Positions 33,857 to 44,192 of a DNA stretch of 64,000 nt are shown one piece after another. The notes under the pieces are model-generated. The model ran no database searches and was not told the origin of the DNA. It saw nothing but the letters and a program-made list of their open reading frames with translations. This DNA is from Cyanidioschyzon merolae (lineage: Eukaryota): assembly GCA_000091205.1 (NCBI GenBank), contig AP006499.2; one strand, 5' to 3'. The position numbers and the translations under genes were made by a program. Position 1 is the stretch's first letter, and the number at the start of each line of letters is the position of its first letter.

Positions 33857-34831
33857 TTAGGATTCGGGTTCGATGAGGCCCACGCCCCCATGCCTCCGGC
33901 GATAGACGACATTGACTTCGCCGGTGTCGGCATTGCGGAAAACGTAAAAATCATGATCGATGTAATCCAAGCAAAGTACCGCTTCCTCGACTGTCTGCAG
34001 CGGCATAGGGAAGCGCTTCTTCCGCACGACTTCGCGGCTCGGCTCGATACCCATCTCTTCCAGTTCAGACTCTACCTCTCGGCGATGCTTGCTACCTTCG
34101 TAGGGCGCTCCGTCATCCACCGGAACAGGGCTCGTTGCCGGCACGGAAGCCAACCCGTCCATGGACTCCACAGGTGCGCTCGGAGAGGATGCTCGGGTCC
34201 GTCGGTCTTCCAAAAGCGCAACTTCGACCAGATCTGCAGTGGGACTGTGCTCATGCAATCGCTCCTTGTATTTTCGGAGCGTGCGCTTCAGTTTATCTGC
34301 TGTCAGATCTATCGCAGCATACATATTCTCCATTTTTACAGACGCACGAAGCACTCGCCCACGCGCATACGCCGTCACTTCGCAGTCGTGCGCGTTCTTG
34401 ATGCGCGGGTTATGCGCCACAGACAGGTGCACTTCGACTCGGGTCACCAGTCCTGGAAACTTTTCCACTACGTGCCCGATTTTGTCCAGAACATGTTCAC
34501 GGAGCGCCGAAGTCAAGTCAATATTATCGCCGGTGACCGTGATGGGTGTGGTTGTTGGCGCACTCATGCGCAAACACCTCGGCGAGGCGACTCGGACGCG
34601 ACTGTTGCCGAGTCTGGTTACCGGGCTTAGCGCAGGTACCTGCTGCACGCTGCTACCGTGGCGGCCACCTGACACACCACAACTACGCGTACGCAGTTTC
34701 AAGAACCATTGCGTTCTGTTGGAGAAGAGCACGCTGCTGATGAAAACCATGCTGTTTGGCGCTCTTTGGACACAAGGCCGAGTATTCGCGCGGCGTCTAC
34801 CGCGAGAGATACTTTCGCGACGGCAGATCAT
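33857..34831 (-). CDS. PSRP1: Long ribosome hibernation-promoting factor (S30EA/HPF, PSRP1-like) with an N-terminal presequence.
   Basis: S30AE domain ITVTGDNIDLTSALREHVLDKIGHVVEKFPGLVTRVEVHLSV…CEVTAYARGRVLRASVKMENMYAAIDLTADKLKRTLRKYKERL plus the long-HPF C-terminal domain KKRFPMPLQTVEEAVLCLDYIDHDFYVFRNADTGEVNVVYRRRHGGVGLIEP. ATGs verified at 34831 and 34750 (MVFISSVLFSNRT…). The 34849 start is TTG. Confidence 0.8.
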   Translation of the reverse strand: MICRRESISRGRRRANTRPCVQRAPNSMVFISSVLFSNRTQWFLKLRTRSCGVSGGRHGSSVQQVPALSPVTRLGNSRVRVASPRCLRMSAPTTTPITVTGDNIDLTSALREHVLDKIGHVVEKFPGLVTRVEVHLSVAHNPRIKNAHDCEVTAYARGRVLRASVKMENMYAAIDLTADKLKRTLRKYKERLHEHSPTADLVEVALLEDRRTRASSPSAPVESMDGLASVPATSPVPVDDGAPYEGSKHRREVESELEEMGIEPSREVVRKKRFPMPLQTVEEAVLCLDYIDHDFYVFRNADTGEVNVVYRRRHGGVGLIEPES

Positions 34832-35736
34832 CGACGACGCCGGCCGCAACGTCGCAACGCACCTGGACTGGGTGCCGGCGCTCGCACCAGCACCGATTGC
34901 GCGCCATCCTACATGCGGATGTCGATATTGCTGGTACCGTATTGACCGGTGTGCTGGATCGACTGGGCGTTTCTATTGACCAGGAATCCCCGCAACTGCG
35001 CAATGCTTATCGAAATGCGGGAAAGCGTCCGTTATTCCAGGCCCTGGCCCTATGTTCGACGAGCGGCTAGCCATGCTTCCCTTCACAGTAGCTGCTCAAT
35101 GCATACGCTAGCATCGAGCGGAGGATCCTGATCGGACGTTCCCGGATTTGCAGACACAGTGAACGTTCAGCGTACAGAGTTTTGAATGTGCAGGGGAACG
35201 TTCACGTTGCATAGCATTCAGAGCAGTGCGTATGAATCCCCTTCTTTTTTGAGGTTCAAAAGCGGTGAATCTAGCCGGAGTACCTCGTACGCGCCGATGT
35301 ATCTAGACGCTCCCGGCAAAAAAGACGACCATATCCCTCCAGACGCTTTTGCATTCCACCGGCTCAAAAGCAGTCTTCCCTGTCGCGCGCCGTGGCACGA
35401 TCGAGTTGTCGACCCCGCAAGTACCAAGCTCTTTGCGGATGCTCCTCGGAGACTGGGGGCAACCCCTTTGGCCAGACCTAGCGGGATATCAGGCTCGGAG
35501 GTTGCCGCGTGCGACGTGCCAGCAAGCCGAGCTTTACCACAAGCGCAAAAGCATCCATAGGAATTTGCTTCGATGTATCGATGCCACATCGTACGCGTGA
35601 GGAGCTCGCGTCGGCCGTCGCCTCTGTATCGACCGTTTCGATCACGCGCGCACGCAGCGCGCGCCATATGGCCGTCTGCCGCTGCAGTGCACGCATCGGC
35701 CGTTCTGGGATGCGTGCTGTGTTGCGTGCACGCACT

Positions 35737-35748
35737 GCACGCATGCGC
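35737..35748. promoter_or_regulatory. GCACGCATGCGC 12-mer about 100 bp upstream of the Cdc20/Cdh1 ATG. Identical 12-mer upstream of the PMA gene.
   Basis: Exact string gcacgcatgcgc at 35737-35748, embedded in a GCGTGCACGCAC/GCATGC-rich tract (35640-35750). A TATA-like 'gcgctataaacagcg' lies about 25 bp further downstream. Confidence 0.4.
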
Positions 35749-35844
35749 TGAGATGCTGTCCAGTCGTACAGCGCTATAAACAGCGTTGATGTTGCTGCAA
35801 GTTGGTGCAATTTGGTCTATCGTGGAAGATAAGAGAGAGTTGTG

Positions 35845-38811
35845 ATGAGCACGGCTTGGACGCCACGAAGATCCCGTCGCTCAGGAGATCGTTTCATTCC
35901 CGTACGGGAACGTGACTCAGCGCTCGGACTTGACAGCACGCAACTGCGCTTTCAACTGCAGGTTGCAACAGAGCTTAGTTTTCAAGGTAGGAACACTCCA
36001 TCTCGAGACATTGCTGCTGAAAGTGAGAATAACGCCTCAGATGTGGGACAAGTGACCGAGTCCAGTCCGTCTCGGAGGCTACGAGACACGTCGCCGATGC
36101 ACCAGCGTCGGCTCTTGATGGCAGCTAGGGCACGCCACGTTGAGGGGAGCGAGGCGCTTGCGACTTTCGTTCCTGGCCACCAGATAGAGTCGGAACTAAG
36201 CCTGGCGCAGGCAGCCGAGCGGTATATTGAGAACGCACGGCGGGATTGGTCTGATATCTTCGGGGCTAGTCCAAGCGCTCCGGCACTACTGGTGTCAGGG
36301 TCAGAACGCGCTGGACAGCGCTCGCTGCAGTTAGAAACATCGCCTGATGCGGATGAGGGCACACTGACTTACCAAAGTCGCCTGGGTCGGAGCGTGAACG
36401 AGCCACCAGTGGAATCGTCTCGAGAGTCCGGCACGAGTCCGAATCGGGGTCTAGCGGCCGCAGAGCGCGCTGGAGTGCGAGCTGAGCTCGAGACCCTGCT
36501 TGCAACACTCTCTGTTGGCAGAGCGTCCGATGCACGTAATGGAGCATATGATGGGAGCGAGCGTCCAGCACGAACATCGCGGGCAGAGCAGCCCCCGGCA
36601 CGTCGTCAGAGCCGGCGTGAACGAGAGCTCGCGGATCTCCTGGAGCGCATGGACCGCGAGCAACGCGATGCAAACCACAGCGTCTCGTCGTCGTCCCGCA
36701 GTTCCACTGTAGAGCAAATCCGTGCTCTGCTACAGGCAGCAGCAGAGCTCGGTGATGCCGCTGATGACGTGGCGGTAGTTGATCTGGCAATGGAGCTTTT
36801 CGCGGACCCACGAGCGCTCTACTCAATGGAAACGCTTAGGGGAAGCGTTCAACACTTGGCAGGAACGCTCATGCGGGGTACATTGGCAAGCCCCGGAGGC
36901 ACCGGCATCTCGAGTCTCGCGCCTGGGATGCTTGCCACGGATGTGGGCAGCCGAGTCACAGAGCTTCAGGGCGTCATCACTTGGTCAGAGGGCGGTACCG
37001 TGACGCGTCCAGGCGCAGCAAACGCCAACGCGGTTCTGGCCCTGAGCGCTCATTTACCGCCGCATGCGCAACATGCTACGATCGAGTCAGCTACACGATC
37101 TGCGAACGAAGCTGCATACCTCACCCAGACCAGCGGAACCGGAGGTGCTGCACCGAATACTTCCACACCGGGGATTTCGCCGAGTACGACCGGGCGATTC
37201 GTTGTATCAGCGCCTGGTGGGCCATCCACGTACGCGATCATCCTGGAGAACGAATTGCTGCACGAGGTGAATACGACGCGCACTGAGCTCGCTACCGATA
37301 TGGATGCACTCGTTGCGGAGAATGAGAGTACATCGCCAACGGAACCACCACCGAGCGGCCGTCGTCCAGAACCCGGCTTTGGACTGGCCACGCCGCCCCG
37401 GCACTCGAATCCGACCCGAGCAACAAGAAACTCGCCAGTGGCCGCCTCGCCGGGAGCCAGCCACGTCTCGAGCTCGTCCGCGACACCAGTGGTCGCTCGT
37501 CGCAGCTTGCTGGAATTCTCTCGTCAGGATACCAGTGTGCATGAATCGAGCCCGTCGCCGCGTCATCGCCAGTACTCAGAGAATAACGGCTCACCGATTC
37601 GTCTCGATGCTTTGCGAACATCGCCTGTGCTTGCAGCGGATCCAACCATTGCTCGTCAACTTGGGCTTGGCCTGAGACGGAAACAGCGGAAAATAAGCAG
37701 AGTCCCCTTTAAGGTATTGGATGCTCCAAATCTCGCGGATGATTTCTACCTCAATCTGCTCGACTGGTCGGCCCGGAATATCCTCGCTGTTGGGTTGGGC
37801 AATTCCGTCTATCTATGGAACGCCTATAATTCCAAAGTATCCAAGCTGTGCGAGCTGGATACCCCGCCCCAAGGTGTCTGCTCCGTGTCGTGGGCACCGT
37901 CCGGTGACCTTATTGCTGTTGGGCTAGCCTCCGGGGTGGTCCATCTGTACGATCCGACACGCCAGGAGGCAGCCCAGATGCTAACCGGACACACGGCACG
38001 CGTCGGGTGTCTCGCCTGGAACGGGCCGCTGCTCGCAAGTGGCTCACGCGATCGCACGATCATGGAGCACGATGTTCGTGCGGGCAGAGAGCCAGTGCGA
38101 ACACTTGAAGCGCATCGCCAAGAAGTTTGCGGCCTGCGTTGGAGTTTCGACCAAACCCAACTCGCGAGCGGAGGCAACGATAACAAACTCTTCATCTGGA
38201 CACCGCAAGCGCGACGCCCGCTCTTTAGATTTGAAGAGCATGAAGCGGCAGTGAAGGCGGTGGCTTGGTCCCCGCACCAGCACTGTTTGTTGGCTAGCGG
38301 CGGCGGCACTGCGGATCGATGTATCCGTCTGTGGAACACAACCACCGGCTCCTTGCTCCAGTGCGTGGACACCGGATCCCAGGTTTGCAACCTGCTCTGG
38401 AGCCGCGCCGTCAACGAGCTCGTAAGTACCCATGGCTATTCCCAGAATCAGATTGTGCTTTGGCGATACCCGAGCATGCAAAAGGTGGTCACACTCACCG
38501 GACATTTGCTGCGTGTGCTGTACTTGGCTGCCAGCCCCGACGGTTCCGTTATAGTAACCGGTGCGGGCGATGAAACCTTGCGCTTTTGGAACGTTTTCCC
38601 GCCGCCACGAAGCGCTGCTCGCATGTCGCAACAACGAGCGGCCTCATCGTTGTCACCGTCGCGTCTGGGCGGGACGCGATCGCTGTACGCAGCGGCGTTG
38701 GCGGACCTCACGACGCTGCCGTCTGCGTACGCACCAACACCCAGTCAAGCGTCACCGATGCATGATCTCTGGAATACCAGCGCGATGATTCCGAGTTCAT
38801 TCATTCGTTGA
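35845..38811 (+). CDS. Cdc20/Cdh1(Fizzy)-family APC/C co-activator, 988 aa, with a low-complexity N-terminal extension of about 600 aa.
   Basis: N-terminal C-box DRFIPVR (residues 16-22). WD40 propeller FKVLDAPNLADDFYLNLLDWSARNILAVGLGNSVYLWNA…LASGGNDNKLFIWTP…LLASGGGTADRCIRLWN…. C-terminal IR tail (…SSFIR*). ATG verified at 35845. Confidence 0.85.
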   Translation: MSTAWTPRRSRRSGDRFIPVRERDSALGLDSTQLRFQLQVATELSFQGRNTPSRDIAAESENNASDVGQVTESSPSRRLRDTSPMHQRRLLMAARARHVEGSEALATFVPGHQIESELSLAQAAERYIENARRDWSDIFGASPSAPALLVSGSERAGQRSLQLETSPDADEGTLTYQSRLGRSVNEPPVESSRESGTSPNRGLAAAERAGVRAELETLLATLSVGRASDARNGAYDGSERPARTSRAEQPPARRQSRRERELADLLERMDREQRDANHSVSSSSRSSTVEQIRALLQAAAELGDAADDVAVVDLAMELFADPRALYSMETLRGSVQHLAGTLMRGTLASPGGTGISSLAPGMLATDVGSRVTELQGVITWSEGGTVTRPGAANANAVLALSAHLPPHAQHATIESATRSANEAAYLTQTSGTGGAAPNTSTPGISPSTTGRFVVSAPGGPSTYAIILENELLHEVNTTRTELATDMDALVAENESTSPTEPPPSGRRPEPGFGLATPPRHSNPTRATRNSPVAASPGASHVSSSSATPVVARRSLLEFSRQDTSVHESSPSPRHRQYSENNGSPIRLDALRTSPVLAADPTIARQLGLGLRRKQRKISRVPFKVLDAPNLADDFYLNLLDWSARNILAVGLGNSVYLWNAYNSKVSKLCELDTPPQGVCSVSWAPSGDLIAVGLASGVVHLYDPTRQEAAQMLTGHTARVGCLAWNGPLLASGSRDRTIMEHDVRAGREPVRTLEAHRQEVCGLRWSFDQTQLASGGNDNKLFIWTPQARRPLFRFEEHEAAVKAVAWSPHQHCLLASGGGTADRCIRLWNTTTGSLLQCVDTGSQVCNLLWSRAVNELVSTHGYSQNQIVLWRYPSMQKVVTLTGHLLRVLYLAASPDGSVIVTGAGDETLRFWNVFPPPRSAARMSQQRAASSLSPSRLGGTRSLYAAALADLTTLPSAYAPTPSQASPMHDLWNTSAMIPSSFIR

Positions 38812-39180
38812 CTTGTGGATGCACCAACATCCAATCACGCGTCACCGATGCATGATCTCTGGAATACCAGCGCGATGATTCCGAGTTCATTCATTCGTTG
38901 ACTTGTGGATGCACCAACATCCAATCACGCGTCATCGATGCATGATCTCTGGAATACCAGCGCGATGATTCCGAGTTCATTCATTCGTTGACTTGTGGAT
39001 GCACCAACATCCAATCAAGCGTCATCGATGCATGATCTCTGGAATACCAGCGCGATGATTCCGAGTTCATTCATTCGTTGACTTGTGGATGCACCAACAC
39101 CCAGTCAAGCGTCATCGATGCATGATCTCTGGAATACCAGTGCGATGATTCCGAGTTCATTCATTCGTTGACTTGCGCAA
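38731..39180. repeat. Tandem 90-bp repeat, 5 copies. The first copy is the last 26 codons plus stop codon of the Cdc20/Cdh1 gene; the remaining copies lie in the 3' flank.
   Basis: GCACCAACA(C/T)CCA(G/A)TCA(A/C)GCGTCA(C/T)CGATGCATGATCTCTGGAATACCAGCGCGATGATTCCGAGTTCATTCATTCGTTGACTTGTGGAT with period 90 (starts 38731, 38821, 38911, 39001, 39091). Each unit contains …FIR followed by TGA. Confidence 0.95.
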
Positions 39181-40150
39181 CACGTTCCGTGCATCGAGTC
39201 TGATGGCCTTGGTGAGCGATGCAAACGTTACAGGGCGCGGTTAGCATGCTTCTGAGCGTGCGTTCGTTCTGGACCGCAGTTCACTCCCTTGTGTTGGTCA
39301 AGGCCTTGCACGCTTTCCACTGCATCATAGCCCTGCTGCTATCAATATCGTTGCTTGGAACACACCCGTACTGATGTCCGTACTAATTCCCAGGCCGTAG
39401 GTAGCGCAGCGTCTGGAATGCTGGTTGGCAATGTGCATGCATTGTCGATGTTAGCGGGAACTCGTTTCGTTTCCAGTACACGATCAATAGATCAAACTGG
39501 AATTCCCGTGGAGCGTGATTGCATCGGGAACCAGGCTCCAGAGACTCGTGCTTTCTTCAATGATTGACGATCGAAGCGCCGAACCAGAATTCCTCGGTGC
39601 GCGATTGCGTCAGGAACATATAACCGATTTGCGCTAGCGTGGCGCCCTGCACGCAGCGCTCCACTAGGATCTGCAGCGCTCAGAGACTCGGTATCATGTG
39701 AGGAATGCATCCACGGCTGCTAGAACGCTCTGCGGTGCGAGCGGCGCTTGGCCGGCTGCGGCTACGACCTTTGGTGCCAACGCGCTGCCTCGTGTGTATG
39801 CCGGCGCTGCGCTTGAATTGCATCGATACTGTCGTTCTGGTTATGCGTCTTTGAGATGGATAAACCAGCGACCGTACGCTGTGTGACGCCTTGTGCATGA
39901 CCCTGGTGGAAGGATTTCGGATGCGCACCACGAAATAGTATGGAAAGTGTCATTCTGGCTATGCGCCCGTGATATATATGATCTAGCGCTCGTTTGCTGC
40001 ATCATACTCTTTACAAGACGTTGGTGGGCGGATTTTGACTGCACGCCGCTGCAGGGATTTTTCGCAGTCTTGGAGGCGCGCGAGCAGTCGCCTTGCCAGC
40101 AGTGCACACTGCCTGGTGCACATACGAGGGTTTTCTTGGGCGCCATGGGG

Positions 40151-42364
40151 TCACGTCACGTCCGCCAGAACCTGCAACAGTCGATCGAGGCGCACCAGGT
40201 TCTCCTCTGATTCGCCGGTATCTTTGCCCGTGAGGGTAGTCTCTCTGGCCATTTCCAACAACATGAGCGTCTTTTTCACTCCGAGGCGTTTTCCCGAGAG
40301 CGCTTCAATAGCCTTGTTGCGCTCTTTCTCGGAAGCGAATGCGAACCCAGAACCGCGCACCACACTTGCGACTTCCTCTGGTAACAGCCAGCTCGTCTGG
40401 AGACTAGCCTGAAAAGCCGACCGCAGCTCTAGCACATCAAGTACCTCGCTATTGCTCGTGGTGGCCACCACAAACAAACGTCGATTCGCAGGCGGGACTC
40501 GTTTCACCAGAACCAGCAACGACTGCACAACAAGGTTACTGAATCGCGGCCCGATGGGTGCATACTCCACGAGCCGCTCAATGTTATCGAGAACGATGAT
40601 GCTCAGCGACGAGCGATACGCATCCTCGAACGTTCTCGCAATCGCTGCAACCTTGGCCGGCTCACTGAACCCGACAAACTGTTCCGGCGCAATGAGGCGA
40701 ATAAAGGGAAAGTCGGATTCGATGGCTAGCTTGGCCGCCAAAGCGGTCTTGCCCGTGCCAGGTGCACCTTCAATGAGCAGCGTCATGAGAGGCGAGCGCT
40801 CCGCTTGTCGTACCTGATCACGAAAGAGGCGGCCGCTCTGCAAGAGGCGCTCCAATCGCGCCCCGTAATCAATAAAGCCTCCGACGAGACATCGTTGGAG
40901 CTCGTCCATGCTCACACCAAACGCAGGTCGTACTTCTTCCAGCGCTCGACGAAAGTCGTCCATACCGACGTAGACCGCATCGGGGTCTACGGGTTTCGTG
41001 ATCTGGTTCAGGTCAATGTGGCGATACAAAGCGTAGGCGGCTGCCGAGCGGCAGAGACCTTCGAGTTCTGCCCCGGAGTAGTTCCGGGTTTTCGCAGCGA
41101 GCTCCTCCAGTGATACGTCGTCGAGAAGCATTTTGTTTGCCCGCATTTTCGCAGTGTGAATTTGAAGGATCTGGAGGCGGCCCTGCTCGTCCGGTAAACC
41201 GATTTCGATATGTACTTCAAGTCGACCTGGGCGCAGTAACGCCTCATCAATCAGGTCTTTCCGATTCGTCATCCCTATGATCAAAATATTATTCAGTGCG
41301 TTCACACCATCGATCTTGCTCAAAAGCTGGTTCACGACGGTATCGTGGACGCCGGTCCCATCACGTTGGCTACCACGTTGTTTGCAGATTGCGTCAATCT
41401 CATCGAAGATGAGGATGTGCAGTTCGCTCTGATCACCATGGGCGAGGTAGTCGGCTTCGGCTTCTTTGAAGAGGTTGCGAATGTTCTCTTCGCTCTGTCC
41501 AACGTATTTATTGAGGATCTCGGGCCCGTTGACCACTTTGGGCTCCTTCCCGTTCAACATTTTGCCGATCTGTCGAGCGATCAGCGTTTTTCCGGTGCCT
41601 GGCGGACCGTGCAGCAGCATGCCACGCACGTGGCCAATACCGAGCTTCTGGATCACTGCTGGCGGGAAGACTCGGGACGCGAACGCCCGACGGAAGATGT
41701 CGGAAAACTCCTTGTCCAAACCGCCAATGCCCATGCGTTCAAAGTTAAAGTCTGCACGAAAGAGTTCGCGAGGCCGATTCTCGCTGCCACGAATACGTAC
41801 GTTCGCATCGCGAGCTCGCACGAAAAGGAAGCTGGTCTCTGCGCCGAGCATCGCCAACAGCGGCGAAACTGGCGTCGGTCGCCCGCCGTCTGGCGCGGCG
41901 GCCATCCCGTCCAGCCGGGCAGCAACTAGAAGCAACAGCGTGCCGTAGTAATCAAGCACCACTGACTGTCCTACGCTGATGACGAACGGCACCAGGCGTT
42001 TGCGTGCGAGTGCTTCGAGCTCGTCAGTGGACAACTCGGGAGCTGCCAGTGAACGTCGCTTCACCACAGTATCGATCTCAAAAGTCGCGGAAACGGCGTG
42101 ATGTGTGTCCTTGGTCAACGTGTAGGTGCGCACGGGCACCGCGTCGCCGAGGGCAAGCTGCAGCTCACGTCGCTGAACCGCGTTCAGACCAACGGTACCG
42201 CGCTCGACCGCAGCGTCCGCAGCGGTCGGGTACGCCCATTCCGTACCGAGAGTTACGAATGTAGCTTGCCTCAACTGTGCCAAGTCCTGGGGATGAAGGA
42301 AAACTCGGTTCGTTTTTGCCTGCTCTTGGCCGGGGCAGGCCGCGACGCGAAGCGTCAACGCCAT
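40151..42364 (-). CDS. NSF: N-ethylmaleimide-sensitive factor (NSF / Sec18), AAA+ vesicle-fusing ATPase, 737 aa.
   Basis: NSF-N domain, then D1 (GMLLHGPPGTGKTLIARQIGKMLN…ILIFDEIDAICKQRG…GMTNRKDLIDEALLRPGRLEVHIEI) and D2 (LIEGAPGTGKTALAAKLA…) AAA modules. ATG verified at 42364. Confidence 0.9.
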   Translation of the reverse strand: MALTLRVAACPGQEQAKTNRVFLHPQDLAQLRQATFVTLGTEWAYPTAADAAVERGTVGLNAVQRRELQLALGDAVPVRTYTLTKDTHHAVSATFEIDTVVKRRSLAAPELSTDELEALARKRLVPFVISVGQSVVLDYYGTLLLLVAARLDGMAAAPDGGRPTPVSPLLAMLGAETSFLFVRARDANVRIRGSENRPRELFRADFNFERMGIGGLDKEFSDIFRRAFASRVFPPAVIQKLGIGHVRGMLLHGPPGTGKTLIARQIGKMLNGKEPKVVNGPEILNKYVGQSEENIRNLFKEAEADYLAHGDQSELHILIFDEIDAICKQRGSQRDGTGVHDTVVNQLLSKIDGVNALNNILIIGMTNRKDLIDEALLRPGRLEVHIEIGLPDEQGRLQILQIHTAKMRANKMLLDDVSLEELAAKTRNYSGAELEGLCRSAAAYALYRHIDLNQITKPVDPDAVYVGMDDFRRALEEVRPAFGVSMDELQRCLVGGFIDYGARLERLLQSGRLFRDQVRQAERSPLMTLLIEGAPGTGKTALAAKLAIESDFPFIRLIAPEQFVGFSEPAKVAAIARTFEDAYRSSLSIIVLDNIERLVEYAPIGPRFSNLVVQSLLVLVKRVPPANRRLFVVATTSNSEVLDVLELRSAFQASLQTSWLLPEEVASVVRGSGFAFASEKERNKAIEALSGKRLGVKKTLMLLEMARETTLTGKDTGESEENLVRLDRLLQVLADVT

Positions 42365-42974
42365 AGCGCTACGTAGCGCTCAGTGGTGCGGTTGTTCCGC
42401 GTCCGTTTGCGAGTGCCGGTGGTTCCGACGCAACTGGTTAGTGAACGAACCTGCTCGAAAACTACCTCGATCAGTTAGCTTGATGAAGATGCGCACGACG
42501 GACGTCGCCCTCCACGAGTTGCGGTGCTGCTCGCGAGTGCGCAGAACGCGAAACGGTACGCGTAGCACGAAACGGCATGCGCGCTGTTGCTGCACTGCTT
42601 TTGTGAAAGACTGTACCATTAGGGTACAATAAGGAATATATTTGAATCAAGCGGACTCGATATTGGAATGACGCGTGTCCAGCGCTGGGATGACCATCGC
42701 CTGTTTTCCCTAACGCTACAATACTTTTGTGTGACAAAAACGTGTACATAGGCCCGCGTTTGCAGACAGCGCGGTTGATATCAGCTCGCTGTGAAGCATC
42801 AATGGTTCCACGCCCTACTTCCAAGTTCCATAACCCACTCTTTTCTCGGATACACTGGTGGTTTTGTACGTTCTATCGTGCATGTCGTGAGCACACGCAT
42901 TAGCGCTTGTAGCGCCGCTGCGGTCGGGGCATGGACATAGAACGGCTATGCCGTACCCCAGAGAGTGTCGGCTA

Positions 42975-43340
42975 AGGATGGTGGACGGAAACCCAGTAAC
43001 AGGTGCCTCCCAGCGTTTTTTGTTCGGTGGCTTTTTATTCGTTTCAGTTTCTCCGCGCGCGCGCGCACTTCGAGCCGGAGAGGCTGCCCCATGACGAAGG
43101 ATCCCGCCAGCTCCTCGGGCCGCGACTTGAGCACCGCACATTGTCTGATATTGACGGCAGCGTTGAGGTCTCGGGTCACGAGCTCCCTGCGTTTATTGCC
43201 TGTGGTGGAACCCATCAACGCAAGGATACATTGATCTCGGAAACTCAATGCGAATACAGCCTCATCATTGCCCCGTCTTGCGAGCAGATTTTCTGTCTCC
43301 ATCTAACCTCTTTTCCTTCGTCATTTGTTCTTCTTCGCTC
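42975..43340 (-). pseudogene. Copy B of the TnpB/Fanzor-like C-terminal fragment repeat. Lies 166 bp downstream (same strand) of the Tc1-like transposase remnant.
   Basis: Minus-strand frame: …FALSFRDQCILALMGSTTGNKRRELVTRDLNAAVNIRQCAVLKSRPEELAGSFVMGQPLRLEVRARAEKLKRIK… (RDLNAAVNI is the RuvC-III motif). An adjacent shifted frame reads …MYPCVDGFHH, a possible zinc-finger relic. Contains (CG)6. About 75% nucleotide identity to copies A and C. Confidence 0.6.
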
Positions 43341-43467
43341 TATGGTTAGCACGAAGAGGATTTTGGGGGTTTTGGCGAACTCGGTGACACCGAGCCTCCA
43401 GGAAGCACGAAATTCACATCCATACCTTTCCATTCGATTTTTTATTTCTTCAATTGAACGGAGCGCA

Positions 43468-44192
43468 TTATGCCCTTAGGTGAGTACTGTCCCGCAGGGA
43501 GAACAGATTGCTTAAGAGAGACGACATGTGCCTCGACCTGAACGTGCTGAGCGCTTCAGCGATTCGCCCAATGGAGGGATCATTGCGTTTCACACAAGAA
43601 AACCATTCTTCGATCGGTTGGAGCCACGGGGCATACAGAGGAATGAATAGCAGCTCGTTTCTCCGACAGATTCGGCAAAAGCTCAAACAAAAGGGGAATC
43701 TTGGAATACGGCGCTGTCCAATAGAAGGACGTCGCCATACGTGAGGGAAAAGTCTTCAATGATTCGGCAAAATAGGTGCTGTTGCATGAGCCTTCTCCAC
43801 GAGCGAAACTGAGGTCGCCAAATGAATCCACTGCAGTTAGAACGGACTGCGTCTTCGTTTTTTCCGCGTTTCGTCGTACGTACAAACGTTTCTTTGTACT
43901 CGGATACCCCATATCTGCTCTGACGGTTTCGAGGGTAGCAGGTCTCATGTAATGAAAAAACAATCCAACGTCGCCCTGCTTCGTACCGATCCCAACGTTC
44001 CAGGAACGCTGTTCTCGCGATATCTGTGCAAGATGGCCATGTGTCAACTACGACTTTTTTCCAACTGTAACCCAGTGTTTTCAGCACCACACGAACGAGC
44101 GGCTGAGAAAGAGAGACGCCCCTATTGGCCACAATCGTTGCTCTTGCTTCCAGGAACATTTTCAATGAGTCGTTTCCTACCATTGACTGCAA
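43468..44192 (-). mobile_element. Decayed Tc1/mariner-superfamily (IS630-like, DD34E-type) transposase remnant with a frameshift and premature stops.
   Basis: Frame 1 (44192→43683): HTH-like …SLSQPLVRVVLKTLGYSWKK…, D1 region RWIVFSLHETCY, …AVRSNCSGFIW…, D2 region …LLDSAVFQDSPFV*. Frame 2 (43686→43468): ELLFIPLYAPWLQPIEEWFSCVKR (cf. Tc1 consensus LHFLPPYSPDLNPIEHVWSKLKR). D2 to E spacing is about 33-34 residues. No intact ORF; TIRs not identified. Confidence 0.6.

Noticed and set aside
43580-44047. ORF 43580..44047 (-) 'VFLCETQ' as the first catalytic D of the transposase.
   Set aside because: It overlaps, in coordinates, the better-supported frames carrying HTH/D1/D2 (44192→43683) and the PIEEW glutamate region (43686→43468). 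It is a third-frame shadow rather than part of the transposase.
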